A program made the position numbers and the translations under genes. DNA of 63,441 nt, the filler included, from Ministeria vibrans ATCC 50519 (Eukaryota; Protista; Filasterea): NCBI GenBank assembly GCA_943704425.1. It is 8 parts of 8 records of this genome, joined end to end, with 100 filler letters (N's around TTAATTAATTAA, not from the genome) between each part and the next. Parts side by side here need not be neighbours in the genome. Positions count along the whole stretch, not along the records: positions 28,819 to 51,474 come from CALSCP010002427.1; positions 51,575 to 53,089 come from CALSCP010002366.1; positions 53,190 to 54,968 come from CALSCP010000108.1; positions 55,069 to 57,012 come from CALSCP010002693.1; 4 more parts are not named here. One strand, given 5' to 3'. Of this stretch, positions 43,413 to 56,154 are shown piece after piece. Position 1 is the first letter of the stretch; the number at the start of each line of letters is the position of its first letter. Below the pieces are notes generated by a model. That model was not told the origin of the DNA. It saw nothing but the letters and a program-made list of their open reading frames with translations, and ran no database searches.

Positions 43413-46400
43413 AAGAAACAAAGTGATAGAGAGAGAGAGAGAAGAAAGAAACAAAGTGATAGAGAGAGAGAGAGGAGAAAGAAACAAAGTGATAGAGAGA
43501 GAGAGAGAGGAGAAAGAAACAAAGTGATAGAGAGAGAGTCGGGGTGAGTGCCAGTCGGTGACTCACTCCGGTTCATAACAATACTTCTTCTCAGGTCTTC
43601 CGACGATGGTTTTTCGCCCTCAATGGACTCGCCCACAAGAATTGTTGTACGGTTCTCGGAGAGACAACAATACGTGGTCGCCGTCTGGTAGAGATTCAGA
43701 GACACAGTGTCAGTCTAGTACAAAAATAGTGTAAATGTGTACGTTTGAAACACCCTTTTTGGTGATTTTGCGAAAGTGTGCTCCGTCGACGAGTTGCTTG
43801 AGACGGTGCTCTTTAATGTCCTCGAGAACCATCAAGCGCACGCGGGAGCGCAGATCACTATCAAGTGTGGAGAGAAAAGTAATGAGTTTTCTCTAATTTT
43901 TTTTGTGTGTGTCTGTGTGTGTTTATATCCATCTTAAGCGAGGCGTACCGGACAGGTGCCGCTTGGGCGTGAATGTCCTCCTTCTCCTTCATGTCCTTGA
44001 GTTGAATCTCCATAATGCGTTCATAGGTGACGCGACGTGCGTCTTCGCCAAACTGTGGCATTGTTCGCGGAAGCTCAACTTGTGTCATAATCGTGTGAAG
44101 CTTACAGAAAGGAATAAGAGAGGTGAGGGAAGGCGAGACTACTACAAAGAAAATGTATTGTTGTTCACCTGTTTCGCAACAACTTTCATGACCTTTGGGA
44201 AGTCCATGTGCGCTGCGTCCATTTCGCGCCAAGTGCGGTAGCACAACAGAAGCGACTGCAAACATGTGTATAGTGAGTGTCGAGTTCAAGTGTGCGTGCG
44301 AGTGTTGCTTTGGCGATTGATACCTGAGAAAAGAACTCCTCAAAGGGGTGTGAGACAGAGAAGAACATGGAGTAGTAGTCGGAAGAGGTCTCTGAGATGG
44401 GTGCGCCAATGTTGAGCAGCTCCAGCTCAAGCTCGACAATGCGCAGTGCTGCCTTGACCAGCGGACACTGGGCTCGCTCACTGCGTGCCGCAATGATCTA
44501 AATGATTGGAAAGGTGAGAGGAAATGTGGCAACCAATGTAACAAAGGGAATGTGATTGAACAAGAAGGAATGATTGAAAGAGAGAGGAGGGAGAAAGAAA
44601 CAAAGTGATAGAGAGAGAGAATTGAGTGGTTGGACGAGAGAATCGTGACACTGTGTGCCTGATTGCGGTACCTTGTGAAAATCGTCTCCGTATGAATTGA
44701 TGAAGTACACAATGCACTTGAGAGTAAGAACTCCCAACGGCTGACGAAACGGTTTGGAACGGTCCTCGTCCTAACATGTAAGAAGAGCAAAGAGTAAATG
44801 AGTCGCACAGCACAGTCACTCGCAGAATTCAAACGTACGTCAAATCCAAGTCTCTCCCACAGCGAAATGGCTTCTACTGCCGCATTGGATTGCGATGGGA
44901 ACCGGCCTAAAACAAGATGGTACGTTTGTGTGTGTGTGTGTGTGTGTGTGAATAAAAGTGACTGAGTATGTCAAATGGTATGAGCTGAGTCGTGAGTCGC
45001 GAGCAGTGTACACAATGTGACTCATATATTTGCACTCAAATAGATGTTTTTTTAGAGTGTACCTGAAGGAGCACTGTCACCAATGCAAGAGACAACCATG
45101 TCTAGATTGGCGCACTGTGCGGCATTGGTAGGGTCAAAGGAGAGGCTTGCTTCGGGAGCAATGAGATTGAATGTCTGCTGTTGAAATACATAGCACTGAT
45201 GCGCCAGTTCGGGTCCAACTCCGCCATCTGTCGCAAGCATCGTCTATATCAAAAGAATGAGGTGTCAGTGGCGTGTGTGCAAGTGTGTGTGTTGAATGAG
45301 GGAGGGGGGGAGAGGGNNNNNNNNNNNNNNNNNNNNNNNNNNNNNNNNNNNNNNNNNNNNNNNNNNNNNNNNNNNNNNNNNNNNNNNNNNNNNNNNNNNN
45401 NNNNNNNNNNNNNNNNNNNNNNNNNNNNNNNNNNNNNNNNNNNNNNNNNNNNNNNNNNNNNNNNNNNNNNNNNNNNNNNNNNNNNNNNNNNNNNNNNNNN
45501 NNNNNNNNNNNNNNNNNNNNNNNNNNNNNNNNNNNNNNNNNNNNNNNNNNNNNNNNNNNNNNNNNNNNNNNNNNNNNNNNNNNNNNNNNNNNNNNNNNNN
45601 NNNNNNNNNNNNNNNNNNNNNNNNNNNNNNNNNNNNNNNNNNNNNNNNNNNNNNNNNNNNNNNNNNNNNNNNNNNNNNNNNNNNNNNNNNNNNNNNNNNN
45701 NNNNNNNNNNNNNNNNNNNNNNNNNNNNNNNNNNNNNNNNNNNNNNNNNNNNNNNNNNNNNNNNNNNNNNNNNNNNNNNNNNNNNNNNNNNNNNNNNNNN
45801 NNNNNNNNNNNNNNNNNNNNNNNNNNNNNNNNNNNNNNNNNNNNNNNNNNNNNNNNNNNNNNNNNNNNNNNNNNNNNNNNNNNNNNNNNNNNNNNNNNNN
45901 NNNNNNNNNNNNNNNNNNNNNNNNNNNNNNNNNNNNNNNNNNNNNNNNNNNNNNNNNNNNNNNNNNNNNNNNNNNNNNNNNNNNNNNNNNNNNNNNNNNN
46001 NNNNNNNNNNNNNNNNNNNNNNNNNNNNNNNNNNNNNNNNNNNNNNNNNNNNNNNNNNNNNNNNNNNNNNNNNNNNNNNNNNNNNNNNNNNNNNNNNNNN
46101 NNNNNNNNNNNNNNNNNNNNNNNNNNNNNNNNNNNNNNNNNNNNNNNGGCCTATTACGAGCGCAGCGGCTTTGAAGCACGCGTGAGCCAGCGTCGCCGCT
46201 CGGATTTTTCTCACTTCTTCTGTGACAAAACTGTTAGTATCTTCGCAGTAGAGGACGTGGTCCTCGGGCGAGGAGGTGACGCCGTGCTTCTGGCAGACGG
46301 CAACGACGTGTTCGATGAGCGGGCGGCTCTGATCGAGTTCATAGAAGACGGCCGTCGCATCCACGCCGTTGTTGGAGTACTTAATGGCCACTTTGACGAC

Positions 46401-46448
46401 CCTCGAGTCGCGCTGGCGGGGCGGTATTAACTGAGGAGCCCCTGCCAT
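42853..46448 (-). CDS. ELMO: Engulfment and cell motility protein (ELMO/CED-12), interrupted by the N gap 45317-46147
   Basis: N-terminal VVKVAIK...ELDQSRPL, ELAHQCYVFQ, HPFEEFFS, split PH domain (VDLVA...ETWTDGLRALL) and C-terminal LEMKLQMLNLENV...VPPAPSDFDY. Confidence 0.92.
43380..43538. repeat. (GA)n plus AAACAAAGTGATAGAG minisatellite in an ELMO intron
   Basis: Four tandem units; a single further unit lies at ~44590-44620. Confidence 0.85.
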
Positions 46449-47416
46449 GCCAACCTGTGCAGACAGAGCGACGCAACGAGTGGGTTGAGCGGATACTCTC
46501 ATTCCATTTTATTTTGGTCATTGTTCGTTTCAATGGAAGTGGACAAATGAGGTCGGTTGGACAGGACGCGCCAGGGAGCAGGGTGTTGAGGCATATGAGG
46601 AGGCAAGAGAGGTGATGCGGAAGGCAGGGGGCGTCCAGGAGAGACTCAAAGGAGAGACTCAAAGGGAGAGACAAACACAAGAACGACTGGGCAAAGCAAA
46701 ACAACAACACGGGGGGCACGGCACGGAGAGAGGGGGCTGAAGGAGGGGAGGGTAGAGGCGGATAGCCCTGGCGTGGGTCGCTGCAGGCGCACAAGAAAGA
46801 TCACAGAGAGTTCAAACCACTATTTTGATATCAAGCAACTCAACCGGGCGAAGAGGGGTCTACTGAGTTATGTTGAGGCTGGAGAGTGGGGTAGGGGTGG
46901 AAGAGAGGGCTGCCGCGGCCGAGTGAGAGCAAAAAAGGGACTTTTGGGTTTTCGTTGGTTTTGTGTTGTGTGGAGTGTTTTTCAGTGTCGCTACCAAAGG
47001 AGGTGGTGCATCTGCCATGGTGGGTGGATTTGCAGGTTGTTGCATAAACGGGTTCAATAAAATTTTAATTGTTTTTTGTTCATTGTTGTGACTTATGAAT
47101 TGTGATCTCCCAAAGAATTATTTTGTCGGAATGAATGTATAAAAATGGAGTAAAGCGAAAGTGAAGCGAAAAGAGGGGCTCTCTTTGTGTAATGTGGCTC
47201 ATGTGGATCTCAGCAGGAGTTTAGTCTGTGCAAGTGACACGATGCGGCCTGGTGGTTGTCTTTGCGGAGGTTGCGGTGATGATGAGACAATAATAATAAT
47301 AATAATAATAATGAATAATAATAATGAATAATAATAATAATTTGACTCATTTTTCTATTATTATTATTTTTATTACTATTAGTTATTATTATTATATAAA
47401 TAGTTTGTACAACCAA

Positions 47417-50400
47417 TCATTGCGCATCGCTGGCACGCGCAAACACGTCCGTCACACAGTAGTGCTCTCTCAGACGATCTACCACCCTCAAAAGAGACTC
47501 CCCCCCGAAAAAGTCGCGTTCGCCAGAGCTCTCTTCCAACAGCACCTCACGAAAGTGGCCAATTTCACTCATGTACTCCTGAACAAACTCAACTACAACA
47601 GAATAACAATAAAAATTACATTATTATTATTATTATTATTATTATTATAATTATTATTATTGTTTCACAGATCGTTTTTTTTTTCGTGTGAGCTTACCTT
47701 CCGTTCCATTGGGATTCTCTTCTCTCCAACGCACAAACATGTTCGGTCGATGAGCCTCCTGATCGCGCACAAACCGCGCCACGTCATGTGCAATCGCAGC
47801 CTATACGTAATAAAACACACAAACACACAATAAAATATTAGAATTATTATTACACCCAATAATTTTCGTTCGTGCGCCTTTTTCGCTGTACCTCAAGCTC
47901 AAAGTAGGCACCGAGAGACAGAAGGTAATCAAGGCGGGGTTGGGAGAGTGCGGCTGCGTCTACGAGAAGGGCGTCGCAGAGGAAAAAGACGGAAAATTGG
48001 AAGGTCTTGATGCGACGAGGTGCAAAGTCGTCGTACGGTGCATCGGGAGTGTTGGCAGCAATGGCGTCAGCGACAGCGTATTGCTCGTGCTCAAGTGCCT
48101 GGGCTAGCGGGCTGTCGTCCAAGCTGACGCACTGGCGCACGCGGTACTCAAAGAGCTCTAGTAGTGACCAGGTGAGCGAAAGACCGGTCACGAGGACCGC
48201 TGTATTTTCGTCGTGGGAAGCACCACAGGTGGAATGATCTGCGGTGGGTTCGGTGATGGAACGAATGGTGCGCATGACAAAGTGACGACGAAGGCGTGCC
48301 TGGACAAGCGTGGACGAGCTGAACGACGGCGATGCATTGTTGGTGGTGGTGGTGTCGGGTGAGGGAGACGACAGACGCGTCGAGTGGTGGTGGTGCGGCG
48401 AGTGGGTCTCGAGTGCACTGCTGTTACTGTTCGTGGTGCGGTCGACGCGGCACTCCCGAAGAGCATCGACAAAGCGACGCACTGCGGCGTGGTGGTGAAG
48501 GGCAAGGCGCGCGAGCAAAAGGTTGATGAGAATGGAGACGGTCTTGAGACGGTTCACAAGCTGCTGTTGCTGCGCGGGCGAGACGACTGTGAGTGACGTG
48601 TGGGGCCGCACTCGGATGTTGCCCAGTGCCTCAAATACGCCCGTGAGCCAGGCATGTGCCTTCTCACCAAACAACTGGTGGTGCAAGGTGGTGCGCCGAT
48701 CTGCGTCAAAGGTCATGTACACGGGCGAGGGGGTGAGCGTCTCAAAGGCAACGTTGAACGTGAGACTCGGCAGTTTGTCGCCACTGTCAAAGAGCAACAT
48801 GGAGGGTGAAGCGAGCGGGAGTGACTCGATGGTCGTCGACGACAGTCGTCCACCACCACTGCCACTCCCAGTGTGCTGATGGCTACGCAGCAGCTGATGC
48901 GCCTGCATGTACTCCTTGGCAGCAGCAATGCTTGTACGTCCCACCGCCGTCATCCATGCGACCACTTCGGCGACGGCGTGCGATGGCGTGCCTGCGGCCA
49001 CTGCAATGTTGCGTGCATGCAGTGACATGTGCCCGCGACGAATCCCCTCGGTGGTGAGCGCACGCAGAGCGGCAAAATTTTGCGCAAGACCGACACACAC
49101 AAGAATTTGAGCGAGTTGCGCAGCCGTCGGGTTGCCCATCAGCCCCAGTGTGTACGCGTACTGGCCACTGGTTCGCACGGCACCACCAAACACGCCCACG
49201 GCGACGGGCAGCGACAACTCGCCACAAAGTGTTGCCCCGTCGTCCTCGAGCCAGTACTCGGTGAGGGGCCCATAAAAACCATGAGTGCGCACGGCGTGGG
49301 CATGGGCGGCGCCCTCCAGCGCACGCCAGTCCTGACCCGCCGCCACACAGACCGCGTCAATGCCATTCATCACACCTTTGTTGTAAGTCGAGGCGCGATA
49401 TTCGTCGGCACACGCCCAGGCATACCCCTCGAGCACAAGCTCGGCCACTCGCTTGCCACTGTGACCCTTGTATGCGAGACGCTCGACAGGCATCCGAAAT
49501 TGCGCAGTGGCCATGCGCTCGTCACAGAGGTTACTCAAAATGCGACAGGCAGCACGACCACCCGTGAGTCGTTCTAGCTCACCCGAGAGTTCCTCGGCGA
49601 CCGCCGTCACCACATTCGCACCCATGATGTCGCCCACGTCAATGTGCAAATGGACTACAAGAAAGGGGTCTGCCGTGGCTGCTGCTTCTGCTGCTGCTGC
49701 TGCTGCTGCTCTTCGTCGTCGACCTGCAGGGCGCTGCTCCACAATGCGTGCAGTGATGTCCACAAGGCCACCGCCGCGTCGCTTCGTGCTGGCGCACACT
49801 GCATCGCCGCGGGCCATGAGATCATCGCGCGCTGACTCGACCGCCCGTTGCGCCTGCTCAATGCGCGCGCGAGGCACATCCGCCACCATGACCTGCCCCA
49901 CCATGATGTTGCGTGCCGAATGGGTGGCAGTGAAGCCCCCGCCGACGGCGTCGACGAGCTTGGCAACGCCGCTGACGGCCGCGATCACCGACGGCTCCTC
50001 CACCGCCATCGGGATGGGGTGCGCCGCGCCATTGATGCGGAAGTGCAGCGCCAGGCCCAGCGGCACGCCCACGTTGCCCACACAGTTCTCGATCATGTTG
50101 TCTGCGACCTCCGTCGGCTCCGGCACTTCCAGCAGATTCAGATCGAGGTGAGGAAAGGCAAGCTCGAGTAGAGCCTGGATAGAGAATTATAAAAAAAAAA
50201 AAATGATCAAGACACGAAAGATGTGAGTCAATGGGACGCGGAAGCGGCGGAGAGGGGGACGCATGGGTGAGGGGACGGGATGGGGGGTGTGATGGGCGAA
50301 AGATGGGGTGGAATGAGGGCGTGTGGGAGGGGCAGGGAGTGAGACAAGGCGCGACTGAGTCAGCGCAACGACACTCGTCACTCGTCACTCGTCACTCGTC

Positions 50401-50505
50401 ACTCGTCACTCGTCATTCCCCTCTGCATGCGCGCACCTGGCGTTCAACAATCGTTTTGCGAAAGAATCCGCTCCAGAGCGCCTGCTCTGGATGCGAGGAT
50501 GTCAT
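47417..50505 (-). CDS. Class II HMG-CoA reductase fused to a ~400-aa C-terminal helical domain
   Basis: WSGFFRKTIVER, MIENCVG, PMAVEEPSVIAA, DIMGAN, NKGVMNGID, GQDWRA, GLAQNFAALRAL and GIRRGHMSLHA are class II (MvaA-type) motifs. No membrane anchor. Spliceosomal introns present. Confidence 0.92.
50370..50416. repeat. (CACTCGT)n heptamer tandem in HMGR intron 1
   Basis: About six copies, directly visible. Confidence 0.9.
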
Positions 50506-50999
50506 TTGGGGGGAGAGGAGAGCGCGAGTGAGGCAGAGTAAAAAATCGATAGTGATAAAATTAATGATTATTATAATTCTCGATCGGGTCAATCTTGAGA
50601 TTGAATTATTATTATAATAAATGGGTTGTATTCTTCTTCTAAATCTTCTTCTAATAATTATGGGTTGTATTCTCCTTCTAATAATTAATAATTATTATGG
50701 AAATGTCTTCTTGACTTCTTCTTAATAACAATTACTATTGACTTTGATTGTTATAACTTTCACTCTTAATCACTCGAACATTTAAAACAAGTAATTAATA
50801 AAGTGACGATTGTAGGACAAACTCGTAGTCTGGCAATTGGCAATGAAAAGGGTTTCAGTCGCTTTCAAACTGTACACACAAAATAATTAATGCAATTTTA
50901 CTGCGCTCTAGGAGAACTCACTCAGAATTCGAAATTCACATAATATATTTTCTTATTTTTCTGATTCGTTTCATTATGTTTCTTATTCTTGTGTACTAA

Positions 51000-51474
51000 T
51001 CACTTTGCATTCTTTGCGCTGAGTCGTTTTTCCTTGCGCAGTCTCGCTCGTTCCTCGTACGACAAATTCTCATCAAACGCACTCTACACAAGGATGATAT
51101 AATACGATGTGGTTAGAGTTGTGAAAATGTTGGAATATCCATAGTAACACAAACAGAGAGGATTGATTGTGGCAAAAATTTGGAACATCCCAAAAAAAAT
51201 CTACTCGACGTGTTTCGGCGAAACAGAACCACCATTGGAATTCGATGGGTTCGTGAACAGACGTGAGAGTACAGGAGTCGGAACTGTGATTTGAAAATGA
51301 CGAGGTTTGCGTGTGTATAAAAATATTCATACCGTGTCTGCCGCAACAGCCTTCTCCTCTGACGCAGGTTCTGCTTCAGCAGCACCTTCCTCCTTAGCGT
51401 CCTCGGCAGCAGGCGCCTCCTCCTCGGCCGCAGGTTCCTCCGCTGTTTCCACAGCTGCCGCCTCCTCCTCGGCA
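51000..51474 (-). CDS. 3' fragment of an unidentified Glu/Ala-rich protein
   Basis: AEEEAAAVETAEEPAAEEE... exon, then a probable last exon LSYEERARLRKEKRLSAKNAK*. Cut by the contig edge. Confidence 0.5.
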
Positions 51475-51574
51475 NNNNNNNNNNNNNNNNNNNNNNNNNN
51501 NNNNNNNNNNNNNNNNNNTTAATTAATTAANNNNNNNNNNNNNNNNNNNNNNNNNNNNNNNNNNNNNNNNNNNN

Positions 51575-51669
<95 letters not shown>

Positions 51670-51707
51670 TGTGTGTGCATGTAAGTATGTGAAAGTCTCA
51701 CTCACGT

Positions 51708-52947
51708 ACCTGGGAGAGTCACCGTTGTATCGTCGACGGGCGTACATATCCAGCCAGTGCGACGTAGACGGTACAGGTACACTACGCCATCCCATTTCAA
51801 GCATCATTTCATCTGAGAGACAAGCACAAGAGAGTGAGTATTCAAGTTGAGATTGTGAGGTTTGCCTTACACATCACAGGATTCTGTTCAATAGCCTAAA
51901 ACGCATATAAAAACGCACAGGCACACAGACAAAAAAAAAATTAGTATTCATGCCATGCCATATTGCGAGTGTATTGAACCTCCATAGTAATTCCGGTGCC
52001 AATCATAGTGCCATTGGCTGCGTGAAAATCGATGGCTGGCTGAGCGCTCACATGATCCAGCTGTCCGTACAGACTGCGCTGACCTCCTGGTGTAGGGGAA
52101 GGAGCACGAGGAGTGGGTGGGTGTTCAAATGGGGGGGGGGGAAAGGAAATAAAAGTGGAAGATGTCGTTGTTGTATGGGTGTATGTGATGTGGAGACAAA
52201 TGTCTTGAATGTGAATTGTGCGCTCATTGCATCATATATTGGGTAGGTCTGTGAATACCGTAGTTGTGGAGCATGTTCCAAATGAAGGGTTTCTTTCCAT
52301 ACTATATCCAAGTGGTTGTACAAGTGTCAAAGAGAACAGTTTGTTGATGATACGGATCTGAGTTTGTGTACCTTGCGCCAAAGAGGACTCTGCTCTGAAT
52401 TAAGATCGAGAATAATCATTTTGTCGTCAGGAACACCTCCCAAGTACGCATCAATGTTCGCTTATATCGCGCACACACAGAAACAACCATTAGAATTGGG
52501 TTAGACAGAGTGAGAGAAGTGTCCTGGTTTGACTTGCTGTCTCACCCTGATTCCAAAAGCCCGAGTGGAATAACCAGCCCTGCATTAGCCTGAAGGAAAA
52601 AACAGGTAAGCGTGACAGTGATGTGTGATGAATGCTCTGATTCTACAGTGTCGCACCAGACAGCATTGGGGTCCGCAGCTTTCATGGAGGCATACACAGC
52701 AGCACTCATCTTGCTAAGGTAGACTGGGTCCGACGAGGACGGGTCCATCTAAGCCAAAGCAACGAAAATAGCATCAGTTGCACAAAAACAAACGCATCTT
52801 AGTGTGCCTCGTTGAATGTGTCTGCGTTGTACACCGAGTCCACTCCAAATTCGTCGCGCATTTTGTTGATGAAGCGGGCTCCAATATCAGGAAACAAGGG
52901 GTCAAGAGGCTGCAGAAGATAGTCTTGCGTATACGTCGAGTTGAACC
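51708..52947 (-). CDS. NAGLU: Alpha-N-acetylglucosaminidase (GH89), internal fragment
   Basis: YNADTFNE|MDP, DPNAVW|LMQGWLF, MIILDL, KPFIWNMLHNYG, MIGTGITME, IEQNPV, YARRRY. Confidence 0.92.
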
Positions 52948-52976
52948 TGTAATAGAAAACAAAGTGTGTCGACGGC

Positions 52977-53072
<96 letters not shown>

Positions 53073-53189
53073 AGTAAGAATGATGATGANNNNNNNNNNN
53101 NNNNNNNNNNNNNNNNNNNNNNNNNNNNNNNNNTTAATTAATTAANNNNNNNNNNNNNNNNNNNNNNNNNNNNNNNNNNNNNNNNNNNN

Positions 53190-53271
<82 letters not shown>

Positions 53272-53468
53272 GGCTGCTCAGCGGTCCAAGGGACATGCAT
53301 GGCCGCCTGTTCAGCCACTATAGTCGCCCCAACGCCATAACGTTTTCTACGAAAAATAAAATACTACAACTTCTTCCAATCTAATATTTTTCTAATTAAT
53401 ATAAACCTCTTCTTCAAAGTAAATTTTGCACTCAAAAACAAAACAAACCCAAACGAAGAGCACCACCA

Positions 53469-54876
53469 TCAAAACAGGTAAAGAATTCCGCCGGTGACCA
53501 TAATCTTCCCATCGTCGGCAAGTCGCGCCAGTCCCGCATCAACATCGCGCACCATCTGCTCCCGCACCTCTGGCGATGCATCCTCAGCGGCAAACTCAGC
53601 AATGCGCTCTCGCACCAGCTCCGTCTCAATGCTCTGTCGTCGCTCATGCGCTGCCAACGCAAGCAGAGCCTGTCGAAACAACGCATAGCGCTCCTCCGTC
53701 AGCGTTGCTTCCTTGGGGACAAGTTCCTCCTCAGCATCGTCCATCGGCACTTCTTCTTCTTCTTCCTCTTCTTCCTCATCCTCCTCCTCTTCTCCTTCCG
53801 ACTCGTACGCAAAGGGATCGTCAGTCTTGCGCTTCTTTGTTCCCTTCTTCTTCGTCGTCTTCTTCGTCGGCGATGCCTTGCGAGGTGAGCCCTTCTTCGA
53901 CTGCGGCGAGCCGGTCGTCGACGCTGCCTTTCCCTTGCTTGGTGTACTCGTCGCACTTGTCCTCTTTGCTGGCGTCACAGACTTCTTTTCAGGAGACTGA
54001 GAAAAGAGGGAGTAAGTAACGGTCACGCTAATGGCCATCAGAGCTATGCTTATACTAGTTAGTACCTTTGACTTGGCTGGAGTGCGCTTCTTGGGTGTAT
54101 CATCGTCATCATCGTCATCTTCCTCGTCATCGTCATCGTCGTCTTGATCCTACACCACAGCAAAGAGAGACAGACCAAAAAAGTGTGCGCTTGGTGTGAG
54201 TGAAGAAAGTAACAAAAAAAAGAGTGCTTCGTACTCTCTTGCGTTTGCCAGACGGAAGTTTCTTGGTGAGCAGGTCTGAATTGAACAATGCTTCGTACAG
54301 AATCCGCACTGCCTCCTCCGCGTCAGCCTTGAGAACCTACGCAATACAAACCACACATTTAAGCTCACTCACTCTCTTGAAAACGTGACGAGACCTTTTT
54401 GCTGAGACGAGCCTTTGCGACTGCAGTTGCGATACGGATAATGGTCTCAAGCGAACGAGCAGTGATGGGCAGTGACTTCTCGCCAAGTCGGTCGCTCGAG
54501 CGCAGGTCAGAGTACGTCGCAGAGATGAGCTTGCATGCCTGAAAGACAATCAATCCATCAATCCACCATCAATCAGTCTCAGTTGTGTTACTTCTTCTGT
54601 GAGTTTGGGTTTTGTCTGCTGCTTGGCAAAAAACAGGTACTTCTTCAAGAACGCAATGGTCAACAGTTTCTACAAAACAACGGTACGCACAATACAAATT
54701 AGAAACACAACAGAGTGATCGAGAGACACACTGACCGGTCGCGACTGCTTCTTTCCCTTTTCGGCTTTCATATTCCCGTGAAGCATTGGGTTGAATGGCT
54801 CCCACGGTGACGTGACCTTGTTGGCAGCAGCCATTGCAGCCGCTTCCTCTCGCTCGTCCGTGACCATCATATTGCT
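53469..54876 (-). CDS. MCM3: DNA replication licensing factor MCM3, 3' fragment
   Basis: FNPMLHG, FLKKYL, LPITARSLETIIRIATAVAKARLS and winged-helix end DGKIMVTGGILYLF*. Confidence 0.9.
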
Positions 54877-54878
54877 CT

Positions 54879-54968
<90 letters not shown>

Positions 54969-55068
54969 NNNNNNNNNNNNNNNNNNNNNNNNNNNNNNNN
55001 NNNNNNNNNNNNTTAATTAATTAANNNNNNNNNNNNNNNNNNNNNNNNNNNNNNNNNNNNNNNNNNNN

Positions 55069-56154
55069 TTGATGAGATGGGGCAGATGCGTCGTGATGGA
55101 GTGGTACGGCTGCTGCAGCCAATGGATGAGCGTGTGGCTCTTTGGTCGTCGCGCCGTGTGCGGCGGCTGTTGTCACGGTCGTGCTCTCCGATGGCTCTGG
55201 GTCTGCTCTGTGACGTTTTGTTGGTGCGCGAAGAGTTTCACGCCAAGACGGAGGTTTTGCACGTCAAGGCACATGTGACGGATCGTGTTCGGACGCGTGA
55301 GGAGGAGTGGGACGAGCGTGCTGATGGGATTGCTCGCGGTGGTCTTGAGCGTTTGCGTGGCAATATGGAAGGGAACAATGAGTATTTGGCAGAGCTGGCA
55401 ATGCGTTGGGACTGGTGTGCGTTACTGGGGTCGACGCCAATCAGTGGCGTGTGCATTCGCTTGGGTTGCGATGGCCGGGACCGTCGAGTGGAGCGCGCGG
55501 ATGCCGGAGCGGCCAATCAGGTGCCTGTTGATAGGGCTGGTGCTACTGCCGGTCTAGATTTGCAGGATCATAATGCAAAACGACTGTTGAAGGACGTGCA
55601 ACGTGATCGACTGTGGCGTGCGATGTCGGGCCATGTGCACCAGGGCAAGGTCGTTCGGGAGTCTGGTCATGAGTGGGTCAGGAGTGTGACAAGTAAGGTG
55701 GAGTGGAACGTCCGTCGTTTTCTTGTGCGTCTATGCTGTGGTCGATTGCCATGCGCTGCGGTGCAAAAAGGAGCGGAAGCTACGGGACTCAGCGTTGTGT
55801 CCTGAATGTGGCGACGAAAATGAAGATGTGGACCACATGTTTGCGTGCACTGCATCTGGGGTTAGTGCTATAGAGCGCGCCCGGGGCGTACTACAGGCAG
55901 GCTTTCAAGAATGGTTGCAGGATGCGTCACAGGATGGTGCGAATGCGCAGGTTGCACTGTGGCTTGTGCCGTTTCAAGTGATGCGTCCATCGGTTCTTGT
56001 GTCAGGAATGTGGCCACAAGCGGTGCTGGAGCGTTTCAGTGAGAGTGAGCGTGTTCGTCTGAAGAAGATGGCGTCAAATGTTGTGAAAGACATGGTGACG
56101 TGGTATGAGATGTGGGCCAAACGAAGATTTTCTGTTGCGGCAGATAGAGTCTGA
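55069..56154 (+). mobile_element. 3' part of a non-LTR (LINE-like) retrotransposon ORF2: RNase H C-terminus + CCHC zinc knuckle, frameshifted
   Basis: VLHVKAH...EGNNEYLAELA (RNase H), RLCCGRLP, then in another frame CPECGDENEDVDHMFAC. Intronless. Confidence 0.75.

Noticed and set aside
45181-46185. Long ORFs spanning X runs
   Set aside because: Artefact of the assembly gap.
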